Shown here piece after piece: positions 54,914-64,000 of a stretch of DNA of 64,000 nucleotides (positions within the stretch are counted from its first letter, which is position 1; each line of letters opens with the position of its first letter). The stretch is taken from the NCBI GenBank assembly GCA_052168235.1, contig JBQLZK010000007.1, positions 1-64,000 of the forward strand, read 5' to 3'. Origin of the DNA: Thainema sp. (lineage in GTDB: Bacteria > Cyanobacteriota > Cyanobacteriia > Phormidesmidales > Phormidesmidaceae). The translations under genes were made by a program, and so were the position numbers. Below the pieces are notes generated by a model, which did no database searches, was not told the origin of the DNA, and worked only from the letters and a program-made list of their open reading frames with translations.

Positions 54914-55015
54914 TATCCAAGTCTGATTGAAAAACCATAATTTATTTTTTGCGAAACGTTTGCTAAGCAAACGTTTCGCAAAAAATAAATTGGGTTCTTA
55001 CACACAGACTTGATA
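54914..55015. mobile_element. Miniature palindromic element, family B
   Basis: TATCCAAGTCTGATTGAAAAACC...GGGTTCTTACACACAGACTTGATA; perfect 25-bp stem 54939-54991. Confidence 0.8.
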
Positions 55016-55202
55016 CCACAACAGCCAACGATAGTGGTGTCTCCTCTGCGTTATCCAGGGCGGAGTTCGGGTCTAAAATCTCAGTTCGGTTTTGGTGAAA
55101 TGCATACTTAAGATTCTATTTCTCAAAGCTCGATAGGGTTCTAGCCGGATTCTGTATACCCCAACGTCTGGTGATATTTTTCAAACGTTTTGAGCTTAAC
55201 CC

Positions 55203-55880
55203 ATGAAATCTCCAGTCAATTTTGATATTCAGATGCCCAATTTAAATGCTCCGTCGCCCGCTGCGCCGTCGTCCACCGCTGCGTCTGATGCTTCGGGATC
55301 TGCAGCTTCGAAGTATGCGCCATCGGTGCCAATTTCCGTCTATCGAGAACTAGCCGCAGAGCTACAAAATACGAAAGGAAAGCTCGATACCCTCAACGGC
55401 CAAAACCAGCAGCTTGTGCAGCAAAACCAGCGCTTGCGTCAGGAAATCCAAAAGCTGGCTCAATCGGCTGTCCAAACTCAACAGGTCGTGGAGGCACTGC
55501 CTGCCATTCGATTCGATCCGGCACGGATGTCAGCTCAAACTGCGCTAGATTTTGATCTGCCGCTGGACGCTGAACCGACAGCAACTTCTGTAGCCGAAGC
55601 GCGTCCGGCTGCTGCGTCACCTGCTCGTAAAAAGGTGGCGAAAGGCAATTCTCCCAGTGGGAAGCGCCCTGCCAATGGCAAAGCGCCCAAATCGGGTAAG
55701 GCTCCTGAGGTGTATGTAATTGAGCAAGAGGACAAGCGTCCAGTGCAGTCTTCGCCGAAAAAGGCATCGGATATGGGCGGTCTTTGGCTTGCGATCGCAA
55801 TTATTTTGATCATCGTCAGCGCCTTCGGAGCCGGATTCCTGATCGTTCGCCCCTTCCTGAGCGATTCAGCCCCCGAGTAA
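55203..55880 (+). CDS. Coiled-coil protein with C-terminal membrane anchor
   Basis: SVPISVYRELAAEL coiled coil; C-terminal WLAIAIILIIVSAFGAGFLIVRP. Confidence 0.85.
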   Translation: MKSPVNFDIQMPNLNAPSPAAPSSTAASDASGSAASKYAPSVPISVYRELAAELQNTKGKLDTLNGQNQQLVQQNQRLRQEIQKLAQSAVQTQQVVEALPAIRFDPARMSAQTALDFDLPLDAEPTATSVAEARPAAASPARKKVAKGNSPSGKRPANGKAPKSGKAPEVYVIEQEDKRPVQSSPKKASDMGGLWLAIAIILIIVSAFGAGFLIVRPFLSDSAPE

Positions 55881-55881
55881 C

Positions 55882-55953
55882 ATAGCGGTAGCTATGTTGG
55901 TTAGGACATTTTGGTAGCGCGTCTGAGCCGCGCCACCAAAATGTCCGTGTTCT
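55882..55953. mobile_element. Miniature palindromic element, family A (opposite orientation to 10277)
   Basis: ATAGCGGTAGCTA-TGTTG-GTTAGGAC-ATTTTGGT...ACCAAAAT-GTCCGTGTTCTA. Confidence 0.72.
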
Positions 55954-55967
55954 ATATCATAGAGATA

Positions 55968-56006
55968 TAGAGGCCCGTAACCGGTTGAACAGGTTACGGG
56001 CCTCTA
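55968..56006. terminator. 15-bp perfect hairpin between convergent genes
   Basis: TAGAGGCCCGTAACC-9 nt-GGTTACGGGCCTCTA. Confidence 0.65.
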
Positions 56007-56016
56007 GCGTTTCAGA

Positions 56017-57021
56017 TTAACCAAACCACCATAACCACAGGGGCAGCATTCCCAGTAAGCCAATGGTGCCCGTTACGATCGTAGTGACGGTTAGCTCTTG
56101 GTCTAATTCAAACGCTTCTGAAATGACGAGGGTGGCAAAGGCTGGCGGCATAGCTGATTCGAGGATGATCACCAGTTCAGCCGCTGGATCGAGTGCAAAT
56201 GATTGCAGTGCCAGCCCCAAACCCAAGGGCACAATCAGCATCTTAATACTGAGGCTGATAGAGGCTTTCGAGAGGTGTTGCCAAGACGACATTTGCCGCA
56301 GCCGAATACCGATCAGGATCAGCGAAAATGCGATCGCACTCCAGGCTAGGCTATTCAATACCCGATCAACCAGGATGGGAAAGACAGCCTCGTGTAGCAG
56401 TAATCCTAACCCAAAGCTCCAGAGCGTCGGATTGTAAAACAAGGCTTTGGTTGTTTGACCGATGCCTTCCGCTGAACCAAACTGCGCGGCCAGGACGACT
56501 CCCAAACCATAGGCGGCCAACATAGTGCCCAGCAAATCATAAAAAATCGCCCAGCCAAAATATTGAGAGCCCACCAGGGAAAGCACAACCGGATAACCCA
56601 GATATCCAGTATTGCCCACCATAGTCGTGAGTAGAAAACTTCCCTGGGTGGCACTGCTCCAATGGTTGTGTTTGGGATGGTCAGAATCCGGCAAAAAACA
56701 GGCTGAATTAGCAGGCTGTGAAGACTGTGATGAGATCCGTGATACCTGATTCCGAATCCACAACCAGGCCAGTATGAGGCTAATCAGGATAGCGATCCAG
56801 GCAGCGAGAGGAGCAATCCAGATACTGCCCGACAAATCCGCCTGACGCAGAAAGGCAAAGACGCTGATGGGTACACCCACCCAGTACAAGCTTTGGCCCA
56901 GCCAATGGATAAAGCGAGGTGATGTAACGCCTGCGAGTAGCCAACCACAGCCCGTTCCTGCAATTAGCGGCAGATAAAGGGAAAGGAGCTTGTATCCGAA
57001 GGTCATAGAGTTGCCTAACAA
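56017..57021 (-). CDS. AEC (auxin efflux carrier) family transporter
   Basis: GNTGYLGYP, NPTLW, ESAMPPA; about 10 TM segments. Confidence 0.92.
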   Translation of the reverse strand: MLGNSMTFGYKLLSLYLPLIAGTGCGWLLAGVTSPRFIHWLGQSLYWVGVPISVFAFLRQADLSGSIWIAPLAAWIAILISLILAWLWIRNQVSRISSQSSQPANSACFLPDSDHPKHNHWSSATQGSFLLTTMVGNTGYLGYPVVLSLVGSQYFGWAIFYDLLGTMLAAYGLGVVLAAQFGSAEGIGQTTKALFYNPTLWSFGLGLLLHEAVFPILVDRVLNSLAWSAIAFSLILIGIRLRQMSSWQHLSKASISLSIKMLIVPLGLGLALQSFALDPAAELVIILESAMPPAFATLVISEAFELDQELTVTTIVTGTIGLLGMLPLWLWWFG

Positions 57022-57336
57022 AGTTTGTTACTGCTGGCAAGAAACGTTAGTCTACCTTAGAGAAGGCATTGCTTAATCTGGGTGGAATTGGGATGTGGGG
57101 GCAGTGTTTCCACATCCTGATTCGTACCTGAGGCAGCAATTCCTAAAGAAGGTACTAACAAAGGTTAGCGTTTCGATCTGTAGCATCTAACAAGTTCAGC
57201 CTTAAATGATGTCAGGCAAAGTTCAATCATAAAACCCTATTGTTTTTCATAAGTTGCTTGCAACATCAGCCTTTCGTCAAAATCTAAACTTGGGTTTTAA
57301 GGAGAGATTGCTGCAGAATTTACCGATACACCCAAT

Positions 57337-57440
57337 TAAGTAGCCGCACATAAATAAATGCATATCTAAAAAACCCGGGGAATTCCCCGGAGGGAAACTC
57401 CCCGGGTTTTTAAGTGCGTTTATTTATGCCAACCTACTTA
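57337..57440. mobile_element. Miniature palindromic element abutting gcvP
   Basis: TAAGTAG...ATAAATAAATGCA...AAAAACCCGGGGA/TCCCCGGGTTTTT...TGCGTTTATTTAT...CTACTTA. Confidence 0.72.
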
Positions 57441-60400
57441 TGTCCCAACTTGAGTTCACGACTAATGCCACAACAGGTGCCACACTCATGACGAATTCGA
57501 CTGCCAATACTGAAAATACTGCTCAGCCCATGACAAACAGCACAACGAAAGGGGAAGCGAACGGTGCGATCGCAGATGCCGCACTGAATGGTCAATATGG
57601 ATCGGCTGCTGCGGGTGATTTTCAACTGACTGCAGACGAATTAGCTCCAGGGGATAATTTTGCTCAGCGCCACATTGGGCCACGCTCGGTGGATATTCAA
57701 GAAATGCTAGCAACGTTGGGCTATGACAGCCTTGACGCGCTGATGAATGCGGCCATTCCCCCAGGGATTCGCCTGGGCCGCTCCCTCGATATCGGTGAGG
57801 GCTATACCGAATATCAGCTCTTAGAGCATCTCAAGGAAATTGCTGGCCACAACCTGGTGTATCGCTCCTACATTGGTCTGGGCTACTACAACTGCATTAC
57901 CCCTGCTGTGATTCAGCGGAATATCCTGGAAAATCCTGGCTGGTATACCCAGTACACCCCCTATCAGCCGGAAATTGCCCAGGGCCGACTGGAGGCGCTG
58001 CTTAACTTCCAGACGATGGTGACGGACTTGACCGGCCTGGAAATTGCCAATGCGTCTCTGCTGGACGAGGGCACTGCCGCCGCTGAAGCCATGACCCTCA
58101 GCCATGCCGTTAGCAAGAATAAGAAAGCCAAGGCATTTTGGGTGTCTAAAGACTGCCATCCCCAGACGATTGAGGTGGTGCAAACCCGCGCCAATCCGCT
58201 GAGAATTGAGGTGATTGTGGGCGATCATCGGGAATTTAACTTCGATACGCCAGTATTCGGCGTACTGCTGCAGTATCCGGCCAGCGATGGGGCAATTTAT
58301 GACTATGCCAAGTTTATTGAGCAGGCTCATGCCGCAGGTGCGATCGCAACTGTCGCTACCGATCTACTCAGCCTGACGTTACTGAAACCCCCCGGTGAAT
58401 TCGGAGCCGATATCGCGGTCGGCAACAGCCAGCGGTTTGGCGTACCGATGGGCTATGGTGGCCCCCACGCGGCCTTTTTTGCCACCAAGGAAGCCTACGC
58501 GCGCAAGCTGCCCGGTCGTCTCGTCGGTGTCTCCAAAGATAAGCACGGGAAGCCCGCGCTCAGACTGGCACTGCAAACTCGCGAACAGCATATCCGCCGC
58601 GACTCGGCCACCAGCAATATCTGTACGGCTCAAGTTCTGCTAGCCATCATGGCCAGTATGTACGCGGTCTACCACGGCCCCCAAGGACTGAAGCACATTG
58701 CCGAGCGGGTGCATGAAGTTACGCAAGTGCTGGCGCGGGGACTGGAAAAGCTGGGCTACGACATTGTCCACAAACCCTTCTTCGATACGCTGCGGGTAAA
58801 CGTGGGCGAGGGGCAAGCCAAACGAATTAAATCACGTGCGATCGCACATCATATTAATCTCAACTACATTGACAACAGCACCGTTGGCGTTTCGCTGGAT
58901 GAGACAGTGTCGTCGGATGACCTAGTAGCGCTGTTTAAGGTATTTGCCTCCGGTGAAACGACGCCTCACTTCATGCCGGAAGACCTGATTAAAAAAGTGA
59001 AACCAGGCTATACCGATGCGCTGGCTCGTACCAGTGACTATCTCACTCATCCGGTGTTTAACCGCTACCATTCTGAAACCGAGATGTTGCGGTACATGTA
59101 TCGGCTGCAGGCGCGAGACTTATCGCTAGCCAACGCCATGATTCCACTCGGCTCCTGCACAATGAAGCTGAACGCAACCTCGGAAATGCTGCCCGTTACC
59201 TGGCCAGAGTTCAGCAGCCTGCATCCCTTTGTCCCCTTAGGACAGGCACAGGGCTACCGGATTTTAATCGAGCAACTAGAAAGCTGGCTAAAAGAAATTA
59301 CTGGATTTGCCGCAATTTCGTTCCAGCCCAATGCTGGGTCGCAAGGAGAATATGCTGGCCTACTGGTGATTCGGGAGTATCACCAGCAGCGGGGCGAAAG
59401 TCATCGCCATATATGCCTAATTCCTACCTCGGCTCACGGAACCAACCCAGCGAGTGCGGTGATGGCTGGCATGAAGGTTGTCGCCGTCGAGTGCGACGAC
59501 GATGGCAATATCGACATTGCCGACCTGAAAGCCAAGGCCGAAAAGCATCAGGATGACCTGGCCGCACTGATGGTGACCTATCCCTCCACTCACGGCGTGT
59601 TTGAAACTGGCATTCGCGACATCTGCGGCATTGTGCATGAGTATGGTGGCCAGGTCTATATGGACGGAGCGAATATGAATGCTCAAGTGGGGCTGTGCCG
59701 TCCGGCGGACTTTGGCGCGGATGTTTGCCACCTCAATCTGCATAAGACCTTCTGCATTCCCCACGGCGGCGGCGGCCCCGGCGTTGGCCCGATTGGGGTG
59801 AAGCAGCACCTCAAGCCCTACCTACCCAGCCACAGTCTCGTCCCTGTGAATGGGCAAGAGGGCATTGGTGCGGTGTCCGCTGCGCCCTGGGGCAGTCCCA
59901 GCATCTTGCCGATTTCCTGGATGTATATTGCGCTGATGGGCAATCAGGGCCTAACCCAGGCAACTCAGGTGGCGATTCTGAACGCTAACTACATTGCCAT
60001 GCGGTTATCGTCTCACTACCCCATTCTCTATAAAGGCAAAAACGGCCTCGTTGCTCACGAGTGCATCATCGACCTGCGCCGTTTCCGGAAGACGGCGGGG
60101 ATTACGGTTGAAGACGTTGCCAAACGACTGATTGACTATGGCTTCCATCCGCCGACGATGTCGTGGCCCGTCGCCGGGACGGTCATGGTAGAACCCACAG
60201 AAAGCGAATCAAAGGAGGAGTTAGACCGCTTCTGTGATGCCATGATTGCCATTCGGGAAGAAATCCGAGCCATTGAAGAGGGCAAGGTGGATCAGGAAAA
60301 CAACTTGCTCACCAATGCGCCCCATACCGTGGCGGATCTGGTCGCTGACGAGTGGGATCGCCCCTATTCTCGTTCCGAAGCCATCTATCCCACAGCCTGG

Positions 60401-60511
60401 ACGCGGGAGCATAAGTTTTGGCCGTCAGTGGGACGGATTGACCAAGCCTATGGCGATCGCAACTTGATGTGCTCCTGTTTACCGATGGATGCCTATCAAG
60501 ACGACGACTAG
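57440..60511 (+). CDS. gcvP: Glycine dehydrogenase (decarboxylating), P protein
   Basis: [45 protein letters not shown]; start may be a later Met. Confidence 0.98.
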   Translation: MSQLEFTTNATTGATLMTNSTANTENTAQPMTNSTTKGEANGAIADAALNGQYGSAAAGDFQLTADELAPGDNFAQRHIGPRSVDIQEMLATLGYDSLDALMNAAIPPGIRLGRSLDIGEGYTEYQLLEHLKEIAGHNLVYRSYIGLGYYNCITPAVIQRNILENPGWYTQYTPYQPEIAQGRLEALLNFQTMVTDLTGLEIANASLLDEGTAAAEAMTLSHAVSKNKKAKAFWVSKDCHPQTIEVVQTRANPLRIEVIVGDHREFNFDTPVFGVLLQYPASDGAIYDYAKFIEQAHAAGAIATVATDLLSLTLLKPPGEFGADIAVGNSQRFGVPMGYGGPHAAFFATKEAYARKLPGRLVGVSKDKHGKPALRLALQTREQHIRRDSATSNICTAQVLLAIMASMYAVYHGPQGLKHIAERVHEVTQVLARGLEKLGYDIVHKPFFDTLRVNVGEGQAKRIKSRAIAHHINLNYIDNSTVGVSLDETVSSDDLVALFKVFASGETTPHFMPEDLIKKVKPGYTDALARTSDYLTHPVFNRYHSETEMLRYMYRLQARDLSLANAMIPLGSCTMKLNATSEMLPVTWPEFSSLHPFVPLGQAQGYRILIEQLESWLKEITGFAAISFQPNAGSQGEYAGLLVIREYHQQRGESHRHICLIPTSAHGTNPASAVMAGMKVVAVECDDDGNIDIADLKAKAEKHQDDLAALMVTYPSTHGVFETGIRDICGIVHEYGGQVYMDGANMNAQVGLCRPADFGADVCHLNLHKTFCIPHGGGGPGVGPIGVKQHLKPYLPSHSLVPVNGQEGIGAVSAAPWGSPSILPISWMYIALMGNQGLTQATQVAILNANYIAMRLSSHYPILYKGKNGLVAHECIIDLRRFRKTAGITVEDVAKRLIDYGFHPPTMSWPVAGTVMVEPTESESKEELDRFCDAMIAIREEIRAIEEGKVDQENNLLTNAPHTVADLVADEWDRPYSRSEAIYPTAWTREHKFWPSVGRIDQAYGDRNLMCSCLPMDAYQDDD

Positions 60512-60684
60512 AGGACGGAAGCTACCTGCGATCGCACATTTCCCTCTGCTCCATAAACCTCCAAAAACCGAGCAGTGTGCCAAGCACCTTTGGATTAATT
60601 CACAAAGTCAGTTGACACAAAATTCCTGCAAAATGCTATCTATACAAAACAGTACCAACAGATTTGTTTTGGGCAGGTAGTGAC

Positions 60685-62406
60685 ATGCGGCGGTTTTTGA
60701 ATCGTTTATTTCAGCAACTAGGGCAGGTGCGATCGCAGATGAGCCCACGGTTTAGCGCTCGTCTCAGGCGGCGATCGTTTCTTCAGTTTGCCACCTTGTT
60801 TGGGCTGTGCCTGGTCTTGACCGTCAGCTGCGGTAGCCAGTCCGCCTCGGATACTGATTCAACCTCCGGTGATACAGGCAGCGCTGCCAGTCCCGGCAAC
60901 CGGATTACGATGGGCACCACTCAGAAAGTACGCACCATCGATCCGGCAGACTCCTATGAGCTATTTCCCGGTATTTTGCTGTTTAACTTGGGCGATCGGC
61001 TGTATACCTACGAACCGGGTACGACCAATCTCGTGCCGCAGTTGGCTACCGAGCTGCCGCAGTTGAGTGACGACAGCTTGACCTACACGATTCCCCTGCG
61101 CGAAGGCGTCGTGTTCCACGATGGCGAACCGTTTAACGCCGAAGCAATGGCCTTTTCGCTCAACCGCTTTATCGAAAATGGCGGTCGTCCCGCTTTCCTG
61201 CTGGGCGATAAAGTGGAATCCATCGAAGCGACGGGTGAATATGAGCTAACGATTCGGCTGCGGGAACCGTTCGCGGCGTTTCCTTCTCTGCTCTCCTTCT
61301 GGGGCATGACCGCCATTTCGCCCCAGGCATACACCATTGGTGCAGGCCAGTTTGAACCGACCTCCTTTGTCGGCACCGGCCCGTACAAGCTGACCGAACT
61401 TAGCTCTGACACCGTCCGGCTGGACGCCAACCCCGACTACTGGGGCGAGGCTCCGGCCAATGAAGGTGTAGACATTCAACTCATTAGCAGTTCCCCAAAC
61501 CTCTACAACGCGTTCCAAACGGGTGGCCTGGATGTGGCCTATCAGACGCTTGATCCAGATCAGATTCGCGACCTACAGGCTAAAGCCGATCAAGGCGGCT
61601 GGCAGGTGATTGAAGCAGGCGGAACTGCGATCGCATATATGACGCTGAACCAAAAGCAAGAGCCGCTGGATCAGCTACCTGTCCGAAAAGCGATCGCATC
61701 CATGATTGACCGTGAGCTACTGGATGAGCGGGTGTTTCAGGGACAGTCAGAAGCACTCTACAGCCTCTTGCCCACCAGCTTTGATATTTACGAGCCTGTC
61801 TTCAAAGAGGAGTATGGCGACGGCAACTACGAACAGGCGCGCCAGTACCTAGAGGAAGCGGGTTTCTCAGAGTCCAATCCCTTCCAGATGGAGATTTGGT
61901 ATCCCTCTGCCTCTACAATTCGCAACCTAGTTGCCACCACGATTAAAGCTGCTATTGACCAGAACCTACCCGGCATCGTCAACGTAACGGTAAGAAACGA
62001 AGAAGGTACGACCGCTTTTGAAAATATTGACAAGGGCATCTACCAAACGTTTTTACTCAACTGGTACCCCGATTTCTACGATCCGGATACCTACTTCCAG
62101 CCGTTTATGGATTGCCAGCAGGGATCGGCTGAAACGGGTTGCGAAGTAGGCGGTAGCCAAACCAACGGCTCGTTCTACTACAGCGATCGCGCTCAAGAAC
62201 TGATTGCCCAACAGCGGGCCGAGCAAGATCCAGACGCTCGCAAAGCCATTTTCAAAGAGCTGCAAGAGCTGTTAGTCGAAGACGTACCCTATATTCCCCT
62301 GTGGCAAGAGAAAGATTTCGTCTTTGCTCAGGGCTATATGGAAAACGTGGCGATTCAGCCTACCCAGCAGTTCCTGTTCTGGCAGATGGAAAAAGCAAAC
62401 AGCTGA
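60685..62406 (+). CDS. Peptide/nickel ABC substrate-binding lipoprotein (SBP family 5)
   Basis: Lipobox LTVSC, IPLREGVVFHDG.PFNA, VGTGPY. Confidence 0.93.
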   Translation: MRRFLNRLFQQLGQVRSQMSPRFSARLRRRSFLQFATLFGLCLVLTVSCGSQSASDTDSTSGDTGSAASPGNRITMGTTQKVRTIDPADSYELFPGILLFNLGDRLYTYEPGTTNLVPQLATELPQLSDDSLTYTIPLREGVVFHDGEPFNAEAMAFSLNRFIENGGRPAFLLGDKVESIEATGEYELTIRLREPFAAFPSLLSFWGMTAISPQAYTIGAGQFEPTSFVGTGPYKLTELSSDTVRLDANPDYWGEAPANEGVDIQLISSSPNLYNAFQTGGLDVAYQTLDPDQIRDLQAKADQGGWQVIEAGGTAIAYMTLNQKQEPLDQLPVRKAIASMIDRELLDERVFQGQSEALYSLLPTSFDIYEPVFKEEYGDGNYEQARQYLEEAGFSESNPFQMEIWYPSASTIRNLVATTIKAAIDQNLPGIVNVTVRNEEGTTAFENIDKGIYQTFLLNWYPDFYDPDTYFQPFMDCQQGSAETGCEVGGSQTNGSFYYSDRAQELIAQQRAEQDPDARKAIFKELQELLVEDVPYIPLWQEKDFVFAQGYMENVAIQPTQQFLFWQMEKANS

Positions 62407-62457
62407 TCCCATTCTTGGTTCAGACTGTATCGAATAAGGGCTTAAACCCTGGTACTC

Positions 62458-62613
62458 GTTTAGCGCAACACTCTGCATAGATCCCCCTGAAATCCCCCTT
62501 ATAATCCTTCGGGCATGGCTTCGCCTAGAAAAAGGGGAACTTTGAGCCAGAGTTGGAATAGCCCCCTTTTCAAGGGGACGGCGACAGCGGGGGATCGTAT
62601 AGCTGCGCTAAAC
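62458..62613. repeat. Nested composite inverted-repeat element (CCCCCTT...AAGGGG type)
   Basis: Outer IR GTTTAGCGCA/TGCGCTAAAC, inner GATCCCCC/GGGGGATC, two CCCCCTT..AAGGGG stems. Confidence 0.78.
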
Positions 62614-62670
62614 ACACACTTCGCCCCTTAAGCTAGAACCGACACTGCTCATCTTCAGTTGAAATAAATA

Positions 62671-63696
62671 ATGTCTCGCTCTAAATCACTCCGCTATTAC
62701 GTTCTGGTGCGGCTGATGCTTGCGCCGCTGATGCTGTGGTTGATTACGACCATTGTGTTTCTGCTGCTGCGAGCTACTCCTGGCGATCCAGTGGAAGCCG
62801 TTGTTGGTCCCCGTGCCCCCCAAGCAGTGAAAGATCAGATTCGGGAAACGCTTGGTCTGGGCGACCCGCTGTTTGTGCAGTACATTCGCTATCTGGGTAA
62901 CTTGTTGCGGTTTGATTTAGGCAGTTCGCTGACCAGTCAAGGCCAAACCGTCTGGCAGATCATTCAAGACCACTTTCCAGCCACGGTAGAACTGGCCGTT
63001 TGCGCCATGATTGTGTCAGTTGTAGTCGGCGTAGCGGTCGGTTCCTTCGCCGCCTCGCGACCCAATACCGCTGCCGATGTCGGCGGCAGACTGTTTGGCA
63101 TCATTACCTACTCGGTGCCCATGTACTGGTTCGGTATGATTCTGCAAATTATTTTTGCGGTCAAGCTGGGCTGGTTTCCCTTGGGCACCCGCTTTCCTCT
63201 AGCGGCCATGCCGCCCGCTGGGCCAACGGGACTTTATACCATCGACAGCCTGCTCAGCGGCAATCTGAATCAGTTTTTCACAACGCTCTATTATCTAACG
63301 CTACCGAGTCTGACCTTGGGCTTGCTGATCAGCGGTATTTTCGAGCGCATGGTGCGGGTCAATCTCAAGCAAACCCTACGGGCTGACTACGTGGAAGCGG
63401 CACGAGCACGGGGCGTTCCTGAGTTCCGCGTGGTGATGATTCATGCTCTACGCAACGCGCTGATTCCGGTGATCACTGTTCTGGGCCTCACCTTTGCCTC
63501 CCTACTCGGCGGCGCAGTCCTGACCGAAGTGACATTCTCCTGGCCGGGATTGGCGAATCGTCTCTATGAAGCGATCGCACTTCGCGATTATCCGGTCGTG
63601 CAGGGCATCATGGTATTTTTCGCCTCAATTGTGGCGCTAGCGAGTATCGCGATTGATATCTTGAATGCGTATGTTGATCCGAGGATTCGGTATTAA
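62671..63696 (+). CDS. Peptide ABC transporter permease (DppB/OppB-like)
   Basis: PGDP, FPATVEL, DYVEAARARG, HALRNA, RDYPVVQG, DPRIRY. Confidence 0.95.
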   Translation: MSRSKSLRYYVLVRLMLAPLMLWLITTIVFLLLRATPGDPVEAVVGPRAPQAVKDQIRETLGLGDPLFVQYIRYLGNLLRFDLGSSLTSQGQTVWQIIQDHFPATVELAVCAMIVSVVVGVAVGSFAASRPNTAADVGGRLFGIITYSVPMYWFGMILQIIFAVKLGWFPLGTRFPLAAMPPAGPTGLYTIDSLLSGNLNQFFTTLYYLTLPSLTLGLLISGIFERMVRVNLKQTLRADYVEAARARGVPEFRVVMIHALRNALIPVITVLGLTFASLLGGAVLTEVTFSWPGLANRLYEAIALRDYPVVQGIMVFFASIVALASIAIDILNAYVDPRIRY

Positions 63697-63698
63697 TA

Positions 63699-64000
63699 AT
63701 GTCAATTTCTGCTCCTGCACTCTTAGCGCTTGATTTTGATGGTGTGATTTGTGATGGTCTGATTGAGTACTTTCAGACCGCGTGGCAAGCCTATTGCCAG
63801 ATTTGGTCGGTAAATGATGAACCGTCAGACGAATTGGCGCAGCGGTTTTATAAGTTGCGTCCGGTGATTGAAACGGGTTGGGAGATGCCAGTCTTGGTGC
63901 GATCGCTAATTTTGGGCGAGACGGATGAGCAGATTTTGCAAAACTGGCCAGAAATTTCTCAACAGCGGGTGGAGGCCGATCAGCTTGATCCGAAGCAGGT
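63699..64000 (+). CDS. HAD-family hydrolase (partial)
   Basis: MSISAPALLALDFDGVICDGLIEYFQTAW...LRPVIETGWEM; open to the window end. Confidence 0.88.
   Translation, partial: MSISAPALLALDFDGVICDGLIEYFQTAWQAYCQIWSVNDEPSDELAQRFYKLRPVIETGWEMPVLVRSLILGETDEQILQNWPEISQQRVEADQLDPKQ

Larger units (their letters stand above)
1..64000. repeat. Dispersed HIP1 octamers (GCGATCGC, usually TGCGATCGCA)
   Basis: Dozens of copies in genes and spacers, e.g. near 3532, 7229, 16046, 32055, 57566. Confidence 0.97.

Noticed and set aside
57290..57440. Glycine riboswitch before gcvP
   Set aside because: Only GGAGAG is present; the CCGAAG and CTCTCAGG elements are missing, and the region is explained by a palindromic element.
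1..64000. tRNA, rRNA, transposase, integrase, reverse transcriptase or prophage genes
   Set aside because: No matching motifs recognised by eye; an Infernal/tRNAscan run would be needed to exclude small RNAs formally.

Overview
Chromosomal window from a cyanobacterium, supported by dense HIP1 GCGATCGC octamers, ccmP, mntCAB and pentapeptide, Uma2 and DUF29 genes. It is mostly housekeeping: hslO, pepN-like, rpe, trmJ-like, pnp, dnaB, comM, PBP1A, tyrS, pyrF, queF, gcvP and a peptide ABC transporter. Accessory pieces are a toxin-antitoxin pair with a nonsense-killed toxin, an AraC/NmrA pair, a low-GC three-gene operon (COMM-like protein, unknown protein, HEPN protein) upstream of comM, a decayed aminotransferase, and biuret hydrolase with an orphan ABC ATPase. 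DnaB carries two inteins, one with a LAGLIDADG endonuclease containing an inserted HTH. The most striking non-coding signal is about 14 intergenic palindromic elements of 50-160 bp. Several share conserved flanks around long central stems whose sequence differs between copies while pairing is kept. No rRNA, tRNA, CRISPR array, transposase or integrase was seen. Gene calls come from motif recognition by eye, not database searches.
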